Below are positions 10,953-19,692 of a DNA stretch of 64,000 nucleotides, piece after piece (position 1 is the stretch's first letter; each line of letters begins with the position of its first letter). The notes beneath the pieces were generated by a model. The model was not told where the DNA came from. It was given only the letters and a program-made list of their open reading frames with translations, and ran no database searches. This stretch comes from Planctomycetota bacterium (GTDB lineage: Bacteria; Planctomycetota; JAZDJP01): NCBI GenBank assembly GCA_043803805.1, contig JAZDJP010000086.1, forward strand, positions 7,271 to 71,270, written 5' to 3'. Position numbers and translations under genes: made by a program.

Positions 10953-12196
10953 CGAGCATTCTCCTTGAGGAAATATTTTCCCCCTAATGCCGCATCCAGG
11001 GCGCCCTTCAACGCCTCCAGCGTCGCTTGGATGTCGCGCCGGCCGTGCGAGTAGCTCATGAAGTACCGCGGATTGGGGAACACGCCGCGCGAGTACATTC
11101 CGCGCGACACCCTGTCCATCAACTCCGGTCTGCCCTCGATTCCCAGTATCGGCGACACCCCCGATCCGTCCACCACCGCCGTCAGCCCCGCTTCCGAGCA
11201 GATATTCCGCCACCCGTTGCCCAGCAGCGTTCCCATCCGGTCGAGATGCCGATGCACCGGCTCCGCGGCGTGGATCTCCATGCAGGCGACGGCCGCCGCG
11301 AGAGACAACGTCTCGCCCCCATAGGTTGTCGTAATGAAAACCCTGGATTCCTCCAACTGGTTCATGATGTCCGCCCGGCCCGCAAACGCGGCCAGAGGAT
11401 ATCCGTTGGCCATCGCCTTGGCATAGCCCGCCAGATCGGGCGCCACGCCGAAATACTCGGCCGCCCCGCCCGGCGCCAGCCGGAAACCCGTCAGAATCTC
11501 GTCATAGATCAGCAGCACGCCCCGTTTCTTCGTGAGTTCGCGCAACCCGCGGACCCAGTCCGGCTTGGGAACCCCCTTCCACTGGTACGGCTCGGTAATC
11601 ACCGCCGCCAGATCGCTCCGGTGCGTCTCGATCAACTCCTCCGCTTTGGCCAGATCGCCGTACGGAAGATCGAGCGTCAGCGCCTTCAGGCATTTCGGCA
11701 CGCCCGTATTGTCCGGCGCCTGGGTCTTGGCCGCCCACCAGTCCTGCCACCCGTGATAACCGCACGAGAGGATCTTCTCCCGTCCCGTAAATGCGCGAGC
11801 CAGCCTGACGCACGCCGAGTTGACCTCACCGCCCGTCTTCAGAAACCGCACCCGCTCGGCCCCGGGAACCATCCGGCAAAACCGGCGCGCCGCCTCCACC
11901 TCGATCGGCGAGGCCATCGAGAAAAGCACGCCCTTCCTCATCTGCGCCCGGACCGCCTTCTCCACCGCCGGATACCGGTGTCCCAGCACAATCGGCCCCA
12001 GTGAACAGCGGTAGTCAATGTACTCGTTCCCGTCCACATCCCGGATGCGGCAACCTTTGGCGGACTCGATGAACAACGGCATCTCGCCCGCGTGGGACGC
12101 GATCGGTTTCTTCGCGCGCGTCTGCGTCCCGGTTGGACAATGGGTTCGCGCTTTTTCGTACAGCGCCTGAGATCGCTTGACTGTGAACCTGCCCAT
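10949..12196 (-). CDS. Class III PLP aminotransferase (glutamate-1-semialdehyde aminomutase-like)
   Basis: DVDGNEYIDY, VRFLKTGGE, GYHGWQD, LIYDEILTGFR, PDLAGYAKAMANGYPL, TTYGG. RBS GAAGGAGG before ATG 12196. Confidence 0.9.
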   Translation of the reverse strand: MGRFTVKRSQALYEKARTHCPTGTQTRAKKPIASHAGEMPLFIESAKGCRIRDVDGNEYIDYRCSLGPIVLGHRYPAVEKAVRAQMRKGVLFSMASPIEVEAARRFCRMVPGAERVRFLKTGGEVNSACVRLARAFTGREKILSCGYHGWQDWWAAKTQAPDNTGVPKCLKALTLDLPYGDLAKAEELIETHRSDLAAVITEPYQWKGVPKPDWVRGLRELTKKRGVLLIYDEILTGFRLAPGGAAEYFGVAPDLAGYAKAMANGYPLAAFAGRADIMNQLEESRVFITTTYGGETLSLAAAVACMEIHAAEPVHRHLDRMGTLLGNGWRNICSEAGLTAVVDGSGVSPILGIEGRPELMDRVSRGMYSRGVFPNPRYFMSYSHGRRDIQATLEALKGALDAALGGKYFLKENAR

Positions 12197-12228
12197 CGAA
12201 ATACCTCCTTCTTCATTTTTTTCATTCT

Positions 12229-15129
12229 TCACGGGTTAGGAATGCGCATGAACTTGACCCAGCTCCGGTCGCCGACGGCAACGTTGTCCCAGAATACCGG
12301 CGCGTAATCCGGCGGGCTCACCACCGGCGCGGCCAGTTTGTTGAGCTTCTCGGTTTCGGTGTGGAGCGTCTCGACCGCCGACCACTCGCCGGCCCAGCGG
12401 CGCAGGCGGATGTCGCAGGTGTCGGCCTTCTTCACGGCGTAGAAGCAGAAAACGGTTTCCCCGCTCCGGGTCAGGACGTAGCTCGTGATATCGCCGTCCG
12501 CGCCGGTGTCCACGGTTTCGCGCGCCCAGGCGCCGCCGGCGTTGTTCACGCAGAGCAGCTCCTTGCCGCGCCGGGCGGCGAGGAAAATCCGTCCGTCGGG
12601 GAAATACGTCTCGAACGCCCGGTTGTACGTCCAGCCGCCCACACCCTCGCCAGGAGACTTGGGCATGGCCTCAATTCTCTGAACCGGCCCCCACGTCTCG
12701 CCGTCGAAGATCGACCACGCGTCGCCCCACTTGTCGAAGGCGGCCGTTTGCCCCTTGTAGGGAACGAGCAGTTCCCCCGGCACCGGATAACCCTGCTCGA
12801 GGAGGATTTTTTCGGGAAGCTTGTCCCCGATCTTGGGAGTGAAGGGCTTCCGGGGTGGCTTGTCCTCCGGGTTCATGGCCGGGCACCAGACCGCCCCGTC
12901 CGTGTCGCTGTACTTGGCCAGCGGCTGGGCCTTGTCGTGGAAGGCCATCCAGAGACGGCCGGAGGAAAGCCGCAGGACGCGGGCCAGCCCCGTGCACTTG
13001 CCCAGGGTCTGGTCGGCCAGCGTCATCGGCCGGGGAATCCAGCGCCTGCCGTCGAAGGCGATCTCCTGAAAGAACATGTCCGAGCCCTCGGAGTAGGTGT
13101 CGCAATAGAGCATCCCGGTATAGTAGAGACTGCCCGACTCGTCGGAGCAGAGCCCTCCGCTGCAGGTGTTGCGCGCGCCGGGGACGAGCAGAGCCGCATC
13201 CTTCTCGCCAGGCGCGAGACCGCCCCAGGTCGCCCCGCCATCAAAAGAAGCCGAGGCGTAGATTCCCCCTGGAAGGGGCTTGCTCTTTTTGCTCCCCCCG
13301 GCCCCGAACATGACGGCCAGACGATCATTGTCGTAGGCGACGGCGCCGCGCTCCGCGGAGATGAAGTACGTCTCCCCGAACCCCCCGAGGTGGCCGGGGC
13401 CGCAGGGAAGCGTGCCGGGCAACTCCGTCACCGCCACCGGCCCGAGCTTCTCGACCTTGCCGGTCTTGCGAACCACGCCGGCGGCGTCCTTCAAGATCGG
13501 CGGGGGCGCGATCAGCTTCCGCGCGAAGGGCTCGCAAGGCCGGTCATCAGTGACGAGCGGATACGAGCCCTGCCCCTCGCCGCCCGACGCCACCAGACGA
13601 ACGTTGTCGAGATAAATCAGACTCTTGGCCGACAAACCATCCAAACGCAACCGGTAACGAAGGATTTTTTTGAGATCGAGTTCGGCCGCGGCCGCCGCCC
13701 CGGCCATATCCATGTCCACCGTGACGGTCTTGCCCTTTGGAATGGCGAAAACGCGGAGCTGGGTCCGCCTGAAACCGGCGTCCTCGATGCGCACTCCGAC
13801 GACGCCCTCGGCGTCGGGAATGGTCATCTCGAAGCGCAGGCGTTCGTACCCCGACCAGTCGGGGTTGTAGGCCGGTTCGGGGTATCCCGCCTTGCCCCGC
13901 TCCGCCCCCATGTCCTCTCTGACCGTGGAACGATGTCTCCAGATTTCCCCGGCGCGCTGCACCAGCCAGTCGCGCTCGGTCTGAACCGGGGTCTTGGGTT
14001 TCTCGTCTTTCAGCCACGGAAGATACTTGTCCCAGTTCCCGGCGGTCATTTCGCACTGCGCGGGATTGCGCTCCAGCGCATAACGGCCCTGGCTGGCGTG
14101 CGCGCGGCGCAACACCAATTCCTGGGTATCCCGGGAACCGCGGCCCATGAAAACGGCAAAGTCGCCGTCGTGACCGGCCGGGAGGGGCACCCCCTTGCCA
14201 TGACTGTAGTACTCGTAATTTTCAATGACCTGGCCGAGTTTGTAACCCGCGCCGGAGAACCTCTGCATCTCCTCGCGCTCGAATCCGCAAAGGACGCACC
14301 CGCCGGCCGCCGGCAACGGCGCACCCGCCGCATCGTTTTTGTCGAGCGATTTTTGCAAAAGGACGGCTCCCCCGCCGCCCAGGAGAACCGCACCGGCAAC
14401 CACCGCCGCCGCAACTTTGAGTTTTGCGATAAACAACGCTTTCATAATTCCGTTGGACAACAGGGTGGCCTGGGTGGAGATCTCCCTTCCCGCCGCCAGG
14501 TTCCCTAGGGAGAGGACAAACGGCTCCGGCAGGGCGGCCGAGGCCGATTCCGCGGACAAGAACCCGGCAAGAGCGGCGACACTCACGCCGACGCCCCGGC
14601 GGACGAGACGTTCCCGAAGCAATCCCCGACCCCTGTCAAGCCACGTGGAAATGGTTCCTTCACTTTTGCCGAGGATGCGGGAAACCTCCTCTTTTGTCCT
14701 TCCTTCGAGATGATGCAGAATCAACGCCACTCGGTATTTTTCGGGCAGATGGTCGAGTTCGTCGTCCAAAACCGGTTTGACGCGCTCCCCATCTTCCGGC
14801 ATCAGGGTATTGTCTTTCATCCTCCCGGCCTCCTGTTCGTGCTGTTTGCGGATTTTTTCCGCTTCGAGAATCTGCAGGGACGCGTACCGGGCCGTGTGAT
14901 GAAGCCACCCGGCGACCGATTCCCGATTCGTGAGACCCCCGGCTTTTCGGGCCAGCGTGAGAAAAACCGCCTGCGTCGCATCCTCCACGTCCTCCCGACG
15001 GTTCAACAACCGGGAGCAGACGCGCATGACCGTCGCGCCGTGGCGGCGCACCACGATCTCAAACCCTTCGCTTTGGCCGGTTCCCACGAAGTTTTTCAGC
15101 AATACCCCGTCGCTCACCGTGGAATCCAT
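12229..15129 (-). CDS. ECF-type sigma-70 factor fused via a TM helix to a large extracytoplasmic region (carbohydrate-binding-like domain plus BNR/sialidase-like propeller)
   Basis: Region 2 (VRRHGATVMRVC..DVEDATQAVFLTL..AGWLHH); region 4 (LPEKYRVALILHHLEG..EGTISTWLDRGRGLLR); TM VAAAVVAGAVLLGGGGAVLL; Asp-box-like SFDGGATW and SDTDGAVW. Alternative start at 15153. Confidence 0.9.
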   Translation of the reverse strand: MDSTVSDGVLLKNFVGTGQSEGFEIVVRRHGATVMRVCSRLLNRREDVEDATQAVFLTLARKAGGLTNRESVAGWLHHTARYASLQILEAEKIRKQHEQEAGRMKDNTLMPEDGERVKPVLDDELDHLPEKYRVALILHHLEGRTKEEVSRILGKSEGTISTWLDRGRGLLRERLVRRGVGVSVAALAGFLSAESASAALPEPFVLSLGNLAAGREISTQATLLSNGIMKALFIAKLKVAAAVVAGAVLLGGGGAVLLQKSLDKNDAAGAPLPAAGGCVLCGFEREEMQRFSGAGYKLGQVIENYEYYSHGKGVPLPAGHDGDFAVFMGRGSRDTQELVLRRAHASQGRYALERNPAQCEMTAGNWDKYLPWLKDEKPKTPVQTERDWLVQRAGEIWRHRSTVREDMGAERGKAGYPEPAYNPDWSGYERLRFEMTIPDAEGVVGVRIEDAGFRRTQLRVFAIPKGKTVTVDMDMAGAAAAAELDLKKILRYRLRLDGLSAKSLIYLDNVRLVASGGEGQGSYPLVTDDRPCEPFARKLIAPPPILKDAAGVVRKTGKVEKLGPVAVTELPGTLPCGPGHLGGFGETYFISAERGAVAYDNDRLAVMFGAGGSKKSKPLPGGIYASASFDGGATWGGLAPGEKDAALLVPGARNTCSGGLCSDESGSLYYTGMLYCDTYSEGSDMFFQEIAFDGRRWIPRPMTLADQTLGKCTGLARVLRLSSGRLWMAFHDKAQPLAKYSDTDGAVWCPAMNPEDKPPRKPFTPKIGDKLPEKILLEQGYPVPGELLVPYKGQTAAFDKWGDAWSIFDGETWGPVQRIEAMPKSPGEGVGGWTYNRAFETYFPDGRIFLAARRGKELLCVNNAGGAWARETVDTGADGDITSYVLTRSGETVFCFYAVKKADTCDIRLRRWAGEWSAVETLHTETEKLNKLAAPVVSPPDYAPVFWDNVAVGDRSWVKFMRIPNP

Positions 15130-15381
15130 CGCCCCACCGCCTTTATCACACATTTAATCTCTCACTTTAACAATATATCCGGAATGACGGACGTTTTGGT
15201 TCAAAAAAATTGGTTTTTTTGTGTTGGGAGGTCTGGAATCATGTCTTCGCTGTTCGCCCGGCGCCGATTGCCTGTTCGAACCCCGGCGGGTTGTGATATA
15301 ATGCCCGGCGGGTTCGGGAACGGTGATTCGTGGTACGTTGTTTCTGCAAGCGACGAGATACGAGTGACGAGCGACGAATAA

Positions 15382-15454
15382 GGGGCTGTAGCTCAGTTGG
15401 GAGAGCGCCTGGTTTGCAACCAGGAGGTCAGGGGTTCGAATCCCCTCAGCTCCA
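15382..15454 (+). tRNA. tRNA-Ala(TGC)
   Basis: GGGGCTG/CAGCTCC acceptor stem with G3-U70, anticodon arm CCTGG-TTTGCAA-CCAGG, T-loop GTTCGAATC. CCA not encoded. Confidence 0.97.
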
Positions 15455-15494
15455 GTTGACCGGTCCGGCGGGAACGGATCCCCACCGTTGGCGG

Positions 15495-15665
15495 TCAGGA
15501 TTTTTTCCGGCGCAGTAGCACCACGATGTCAATCGCCGTCGCGACGAGGAAGACGGGGCCGAAGAGGTAAAACCAGCGGCTCCCGCCGGCGATCGCCAGG
15601 TAGAGGCATCCGGCGCCGAGCGCGAGGGTGACCGCGAATGTGAGCCATGTTGTCTGGGTGTTCAT
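15495..15665 (-). CDS. Small two-TM membrane protein (56 aa)
   Basis: MNTQTTWLTFAVTLALGAGCLYLAIAGGSRWFYLFGPVFLVATAIDIVVLLRRKKS; ATGA overlap with the HAD gene stop. Confidence 0.7.
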   Translation of the reverse strand: MNTQTTWLTFAVTLALGAGCLYLAIAGGSRWFYLFGPVFLVATAIDIVVLLRRKKS

Positions 15666-16312
15666 GCGAGGTATTTTAGCACATCCCGGGGGTGCTTCGC
15701 AAGCGCCCGCGCCCCGGCGGCGCCGAGTTCCTCCGGCCGGAATCCCCAGAGCGCCCCGACGGGAAACATCCCGGCGGCGATGGCGGTGGCCATGTCGGTC
15801 GCGGTGTCGCCGAGGTAGAGGATGTCGGACGGGGGAAATCCCATCCGCCGGGCGGCCGCGAGGGCCCCGGCCGGGTCGGGTTTTTTCGGGAGGGATCCGT
15901 CCTGGCCGAGGAGGACGGCGAACCGGAAGTCCCCGAGGTAACCGGCGACGCACTTCTCGACGAAGGCCCGCGGCTTGTTGGAGACGACCGCGGCGGGGAT
16001 GCCGCGCGCCGCGAGCGTCGCCAGGAGTTCGGGGATGCCGTCGTAGACGCGGGTCTTCCGGTTCCAGACGCGTTCGTATTCGGCGAGATATCCCGCCAGA
16101 CACGCGGCAATGGTCGCGTCGTCGCGGCGGCCCGGCGGGAGGGCCCGTTCGAGAAGCGTCCGCGCCCCGTCGCCCACAAATTGCCGGTAGGCCGGGAGGG
16201 GATGCCCGGGGAATCCCCGTGCGGCCAGCGCCGCGTTCGTCGCGTCGGCGATGTCCTCCGCCGTGTCGAGAAGGGTTCCATCCAGGTCAAAGAGAACGGC
16301 GCGGCGGATCAT
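15662..16312 (-). CDS. HAD-family hydrolase (phosphoglycolate phosphatase-like)
   Basis: LFDLDGTLLDT, VVSNKP, KKPDP, YLGDTATD. Confidence 0.92.
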   Translation of the reverse strand: MIRRAVLFDLDGTLLDTAEDIADATNAALAARGFPGHPLPAYRQFVGDGARTLLERALPPGRRDDATIAACLAGYLAEYERVWNRKTRVYDGIPELLATLAARGIPAAVVSNKPRAFVEKCVAGYLGDFRFAVLLGQDGSLPKKPDPAGALAAARRMGFPPSDILYLGDTATDMATAIAAGMFPVGALWGFRPEELGAAGARALAKHPRDVLKYLA

Positions 16313-16450
16313 GGGACGGATTGTATCATGATTTGGGGAACATCCAACGACGTCAGAGAACCCCGGATGGATCTCTTTTCCACAAGGCTAAAAAACGGTC
16401 ACGGCAAGACCCCGATCCCTCGACCCCAATCCCTCCGGATCTTCTTTCAA

Positions 16451-16555
16451 GTCTAACGAAAAGCTGACCGATGACGAGGAGCGCGCCAAGGATGCCCAAA
16501 CTGGAACATGCGGCTGACCGCGCTCCTCGTCATTCGGTCCAGCGTCTGGTTCGGC
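16451..16555 (-). mobile_element. Integron attC recombination site (105 bp)
   Basis: On the minus strand: GCCGAAC-cagacgctggaccgaatgacgaggagcgcg...cgcgctcctcgtcatcggtcagcttttc-GTTAGAC. Long imperfect palindrome with extra-helical bases, 10 nt after the cassette gene stop. Confidence 0.85.
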
Positions 16556-16565
16556 GATTCCATAC

Positions 16566-17063
16566 TCAGTTCCAGTCGGTAAACATCTTAACGAGCAGGA
16601 TGCCACCCTCAAGCCTCCAGAGTTCGACGTGAAGCCAATCGCCAGTGGGCGACGAGCAGCTCAACATCTCGACCGGAATGGCCTCTCCCTGCCATGTCCG
16701 CTGAAATCCTCCGTACCTGTCGTTGCCTGGAACGAAGGTCGGTGAATTCGTCGACCAAACATTGTAGCCGTTCTCGGTCGGATCGCCAGACGTGCGAACA
16801 GGTGCAGCGCGTGACTTTACGCGAAGCTGGCCAACGAACGCAGTCAAGTCGTTCGTGCTCATCTCAAACAGCGTCGCAGCCCCACGATCAAGGAAGCCCC
16901 GCGAAGCATCTCCTCTGCACTGAATGCTGTGGGCTGACACTGGCAGTGTGATGCCGTGCTCGCGCTCCGCCCTCGTGCGAGGATCGCCACCACCAGATGT
17001 AACCCACCACGCAAGCACCGCCACGACGAGAACCGCAACTGCAATGAGGATAACCTTGCGCAT
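16566..17063 (-). CDS. Hypothetical membrane-anchored protein carried as an integron gene cassette
   Basis: N-terminal TM/signal MRKVILIAVAVLVVAVLAWW; lower GC than neighbours; bounded by GTTCGGC upstream and attC downstream. Confidence 0.75.
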   Translation of the reverse strand: MRKVILIAVAVLVVAVLAWWVTSGGGDPRTRAEREHGITLPVSAHSIQCRGDASRGFLDRGAATLFEMSTNDLTAFVGQLRVKSRAAPVRTSGDPTENGYNVWSTNSPTFVPGNDRYGGFQRTWQGEAIPVEMLSCSSPTGDWLHVELWRLEGGILLVKMFTDWN

Positions 17064-17073
17064 GGTTCACTAC

Positions 17074-17290
17074 GCCGAACAATTATTAGATGTCGCATCG
17101 TTGAATCATAATCAACGACGCCGATGGAGATTACCACCCGTCAAAGACACTGTCAATCATCATCCCCAATCGGCTCATTTTGTTTCCAGCAAATACATAA
17201 CAGATTGTCTTCTAATTTTCTGGCGTTGTAAAAACCATGAATTATGACGTTATGCGTTGAGGATACATAACTGGGGAAAATGATTATGAA
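17074..17290 (-). mobile_element. Putative attI site and AT-rich integron platform remnant
   Basis: Minus strand ..TCTAATAATT-GTTCGGC at 17090-17074. GTTCGGC is the exact complement of the attC R'' GCCGAAC. The ~200 bp upstream is AT-rich and non-coding. Confidence 0.55.
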
Positions 17291-17334
17291 TGCGGCGTTG
17301 CTCCCGGAATTTCAGGATTTCCTTATTTCTCTTT

Positions 17335-17381
17335 CTGACTCGGCGACTCCCAGACTCCGAGACTCCCAGACTCCCAGACTT
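17335..17381. repeat. Degenerate 8-bp tandem repeat (CCAGACTC)n
   Basis: gactcggcgactcccagactccgagactcccagactcccagact; same family at 20430, 36466 and 46775. Confidence 0.8.
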
Positions 17382-17409
17382 CTTTTTGCTTGATTCGCCA
17401 TTCGACATT

Positions 17410-19431
17410 TCAGGCGTTTTTCATCGCCTCGCTCCCCGTTCCCAAGTCCAGCCACGTCACCTCCGCCGCCGTGAGAGGGACGTCGAGCGCGGCGAAGGAA
17501 CTGGCCGTCTCGGCGATGGTGCGCGGCCCGATGAGCGGAAACGTCGGGAACGGCTGGGCCAGGACGTAGGCCAGCGCGATCACGATGGTCTCCACGTGTT
17601 TATTCCGCGCCAGTTCCTCCGCCCGGGCGAGGCGCGCGAAGTTGTCCCTGGCGTACCAGCACGTGACGAGTTCCTTGTCGGAGAGATCGTCCGGGCGGGC
17701 CTTCCCGGGCAGGAAGAATCCCCGCGCCTGGCTCGACCACGGGAAGAGCGGCGTCTTCGTCCGCGCCAGCCACGCCCGCGAGCCGGGATCGGAGGCGGCG
17801 AGGCATCCCGCCCACGGCGGCGCCACCATCCGCGCCAGGCTGAACTGGTTGCTCACCGCGGCCATCCCCGTGAGTCCCTTTTTCGCGGCGAAGGCGTTGA
17901 AGGCGTCCACCCGCGCGAGGGGCCAGTTGGAGCCGCCGAAGGCGCGGATGCGCCCCGCGCGGACGTGTTCGTTCAGGACGTCGCAGAATTCCCCGACGGG
18001 GACGTCCGGGTTGTCGCGGTGGAGCATGTAGAGATCGATATACCCGGTCTGGAGGCGCTCCAGGCTTTGCAGGAGTTGTTTCGTGAGGTTGGCCGGATCG
18101 CAGAACGGGGTGTGGGCGCCCTTGCCGAGGATGACCATCTTTTCCCGGATGCCGCGGTTCCTGATCCACCACCCGAGCATCGTTTCGCTCGTGCCGCTTC
18201 CGTACACCCACGCCGTGTCGTAGCACGTTCCGCCGCGCTCGAAGAAATCGTCGAACATGGCCGACGCGTGGGCGATGGTTTTTTGATTGTCCGCCCCCAT
18301 GACGAGGCGCGAGACGGGTTTGGCGATCCCCGGGATGTTTCCGTACGGCATCCGGGTCCCCGGCCGCGCGGAAAGCGGCCGGCCCGTCACGGTGCGCGTG
18401 GCATTCGCCGGCTTCTCGGCGTCGTAGACGAGGCCGATCGCCTCCCGCCAGAGATCGAGCGCCTTCATGTTCCCCAGGGAATCGTCCGGGGTCATGGCGG
18501 GGGGCGTCGCCGCATTCCGGGAGAGGCCCTCCGCGAAGGCGTCGGCCTCGATCGCGTAGAGGGGCGTCGGGGTTTCGATGACGATCTCCTCGGTCACGCC
18601 CTTGCGCGTGAGACGGATTTTCACGGCGCCGCCGTCGCGGGCCGGGATCCACGGCTGGGGAATTTCGATCCGCCCCTCCGTCCCGAAGATGCGCACGGTG
18701 TTTTCGAGCTCCACCGTCACCGCGGTCTCGACCGTCGCCACGATGCCGCCGGGGAACGCGAGGACCGCCGCGGCGCGTTCGTCCACCCCGGTGGCGCCGA
18801 TCACCCCGGACCCTTTCACGGAAATGGGTTCCGCGAAGTCCCTCCCGATCGCCGCCCCGGCCACGAGGCGCGCCATCGAAACGGGATAGCATCCCACGTC
18901 GAGAATGCCCCCGCCGGCGAGGGCGTTGGCGAACAACCGGGCCGCGGGGTTGAACGCGGCCCGGAATCCGAACGAGGCGTGGAGGAAGAGCACTTCGCCG
19001 ACCGCCTTTTCCCGGAGGAGCGCCACCAGCCGCGCCGTCTGCGGGTGGCAGCGGTACATGAACGCCTCCATGAGCATCACACCATACCGCCCGGCGGCTT
19101 CGACGATCTGCATGGCCTCGGCGTGGCTCACGGCGAGGGGTTTTTCGCACAGTACATGTTTGCCCGCCTCGGCGGCCTTAACCGCCCATTCGGCGTGCCG
19201 GGAGTGGGGGGTGGCGATGTAGACGGCCTGGATCTCCGGGTCCGCGAGAAGCGCCTCGTAGGACCCGTGGGCTTTCGGAACGGAGAACTCGGCGGCGAAT
19301 TTCCGCGCCTTCTCGTCCGAACGGCTTCCCACCGCGACGAGCCGGCCGGTTTTCGAGGCGGTCACGCCCTTGGCGAACACCCCGGCGATGCGCCCCGTGC
19401 CCAGGATTCCCCAGCCCAGTTTTCCGCTCAT
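17410..19431 (-). CDS. Gfo/Idh/MocA oxidoreductase fused to an aldo/keto reductase
   Basis: N-terminal WGILGTGRIA, YIATPHSRH, KHVLCEKP, GGGILDVGCY; C-terminal YDTAWVYG, SLERLQTGYIDLYMLHRD, FGGSNW, PLIGPRT. Confidence 0.92.
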   Translation of the reverse strand: MSGKLGWGILGTGRIAGVFAKGVTASKTGRLVAVGSRSDEKARKFAAEFSVPKAHGSYEALLADPEIQAVYIATPHSRHAEWAVKAAEAGKHVLCEKPLAVSHAEAMQIVEAAGRYGVMLMEAFMYRCHPQTARLVALLREKAVGEVLFLHASFGFRAAFNPAARLFANALAGGGILDVGCYPVSMARLVAGAAIGRDFAEPISVKGSGVIGATGVDERAAAVLAFPGGIVATVETAVTVELENTVRIFGTEGRIEIPQPWIPARDGGAVKIRLTRKGVTEEIVIETPTPLYAIEADAFAEGLSRNAATPPAMTPDDSLGNMKALDLWREAIGLVYDAEKPANATRTVTGRPLSARPGTRMPYGNIPGIAKPVSRLVMGADNQKTIAHASAMFDDFFERGGTCYDTAWVYGSGTSETMLGWWIRNRGIREKMVILGKGAHTPFCDPANLTKQLLQSLERLQTGYIDLYMLHRDNPDVPVGEFCDVLNEHVRAGRIRAFGGSNWPLARVDAFNAFAAKKGLTGMAAVSNQFSLARMVAPPWAGCLAASDPGSRAWLARTKTPLFPWSSQARGFFLPGKARPDDLSDKELVTCWYARDNFARLARAEELARNKHVETIVIALAYVLAQPFPTFPLIGPRTIAETASSFAALDVPLTAAEVTWLDLGTGSEAMKNA

Positions 19432-19600
19432 GAGATCCCTCCGGATTTCAAATATGGCCGAGTGCTTTCCAGGAGAATATCCCATTATCCCAAGGGAATC
19501 AATACCGGGAATGGTATATCCGAATCCCTACGTGTTTTCGCGCCAGTTCCGTCAGGTGCTGGGGGCGCCACCGTCGCGGTTTCTGCGTATTTCTTGAACA

Positions 19601-19659
19601 ACACCACGGAGACACGGAAGGACCACGGAAACACGGAAGGACCACGGAAACACGGAGGG
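19601..19659. repeat. Degenerate ~9-10 bp tandem repeat (CACGGAAA/GA)
   Basis: caccacggagacacggaaggaccacggaaacacggaaggaccacggaaacacggag; the same family occurs inverted at 38246-38290. Confidence 0.75.
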
Positions 19660-19692
19660 TGCGGTAAGTTTCTTGGGGGTGTTGTGAACGGG

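Noticed and set aside
10949-12196. Calling the aminotransferase hemL
   Set aside because: It lacks the HemL-typical PGGVNSPVR and SGTEA motifs, and there is no tetrapyrrole gene context.
15382-17290. tRNA-Ala as the attachment site of a genomic island
   Set aside because: No integrase and no duplicated tRNA 3' end seen in the window.
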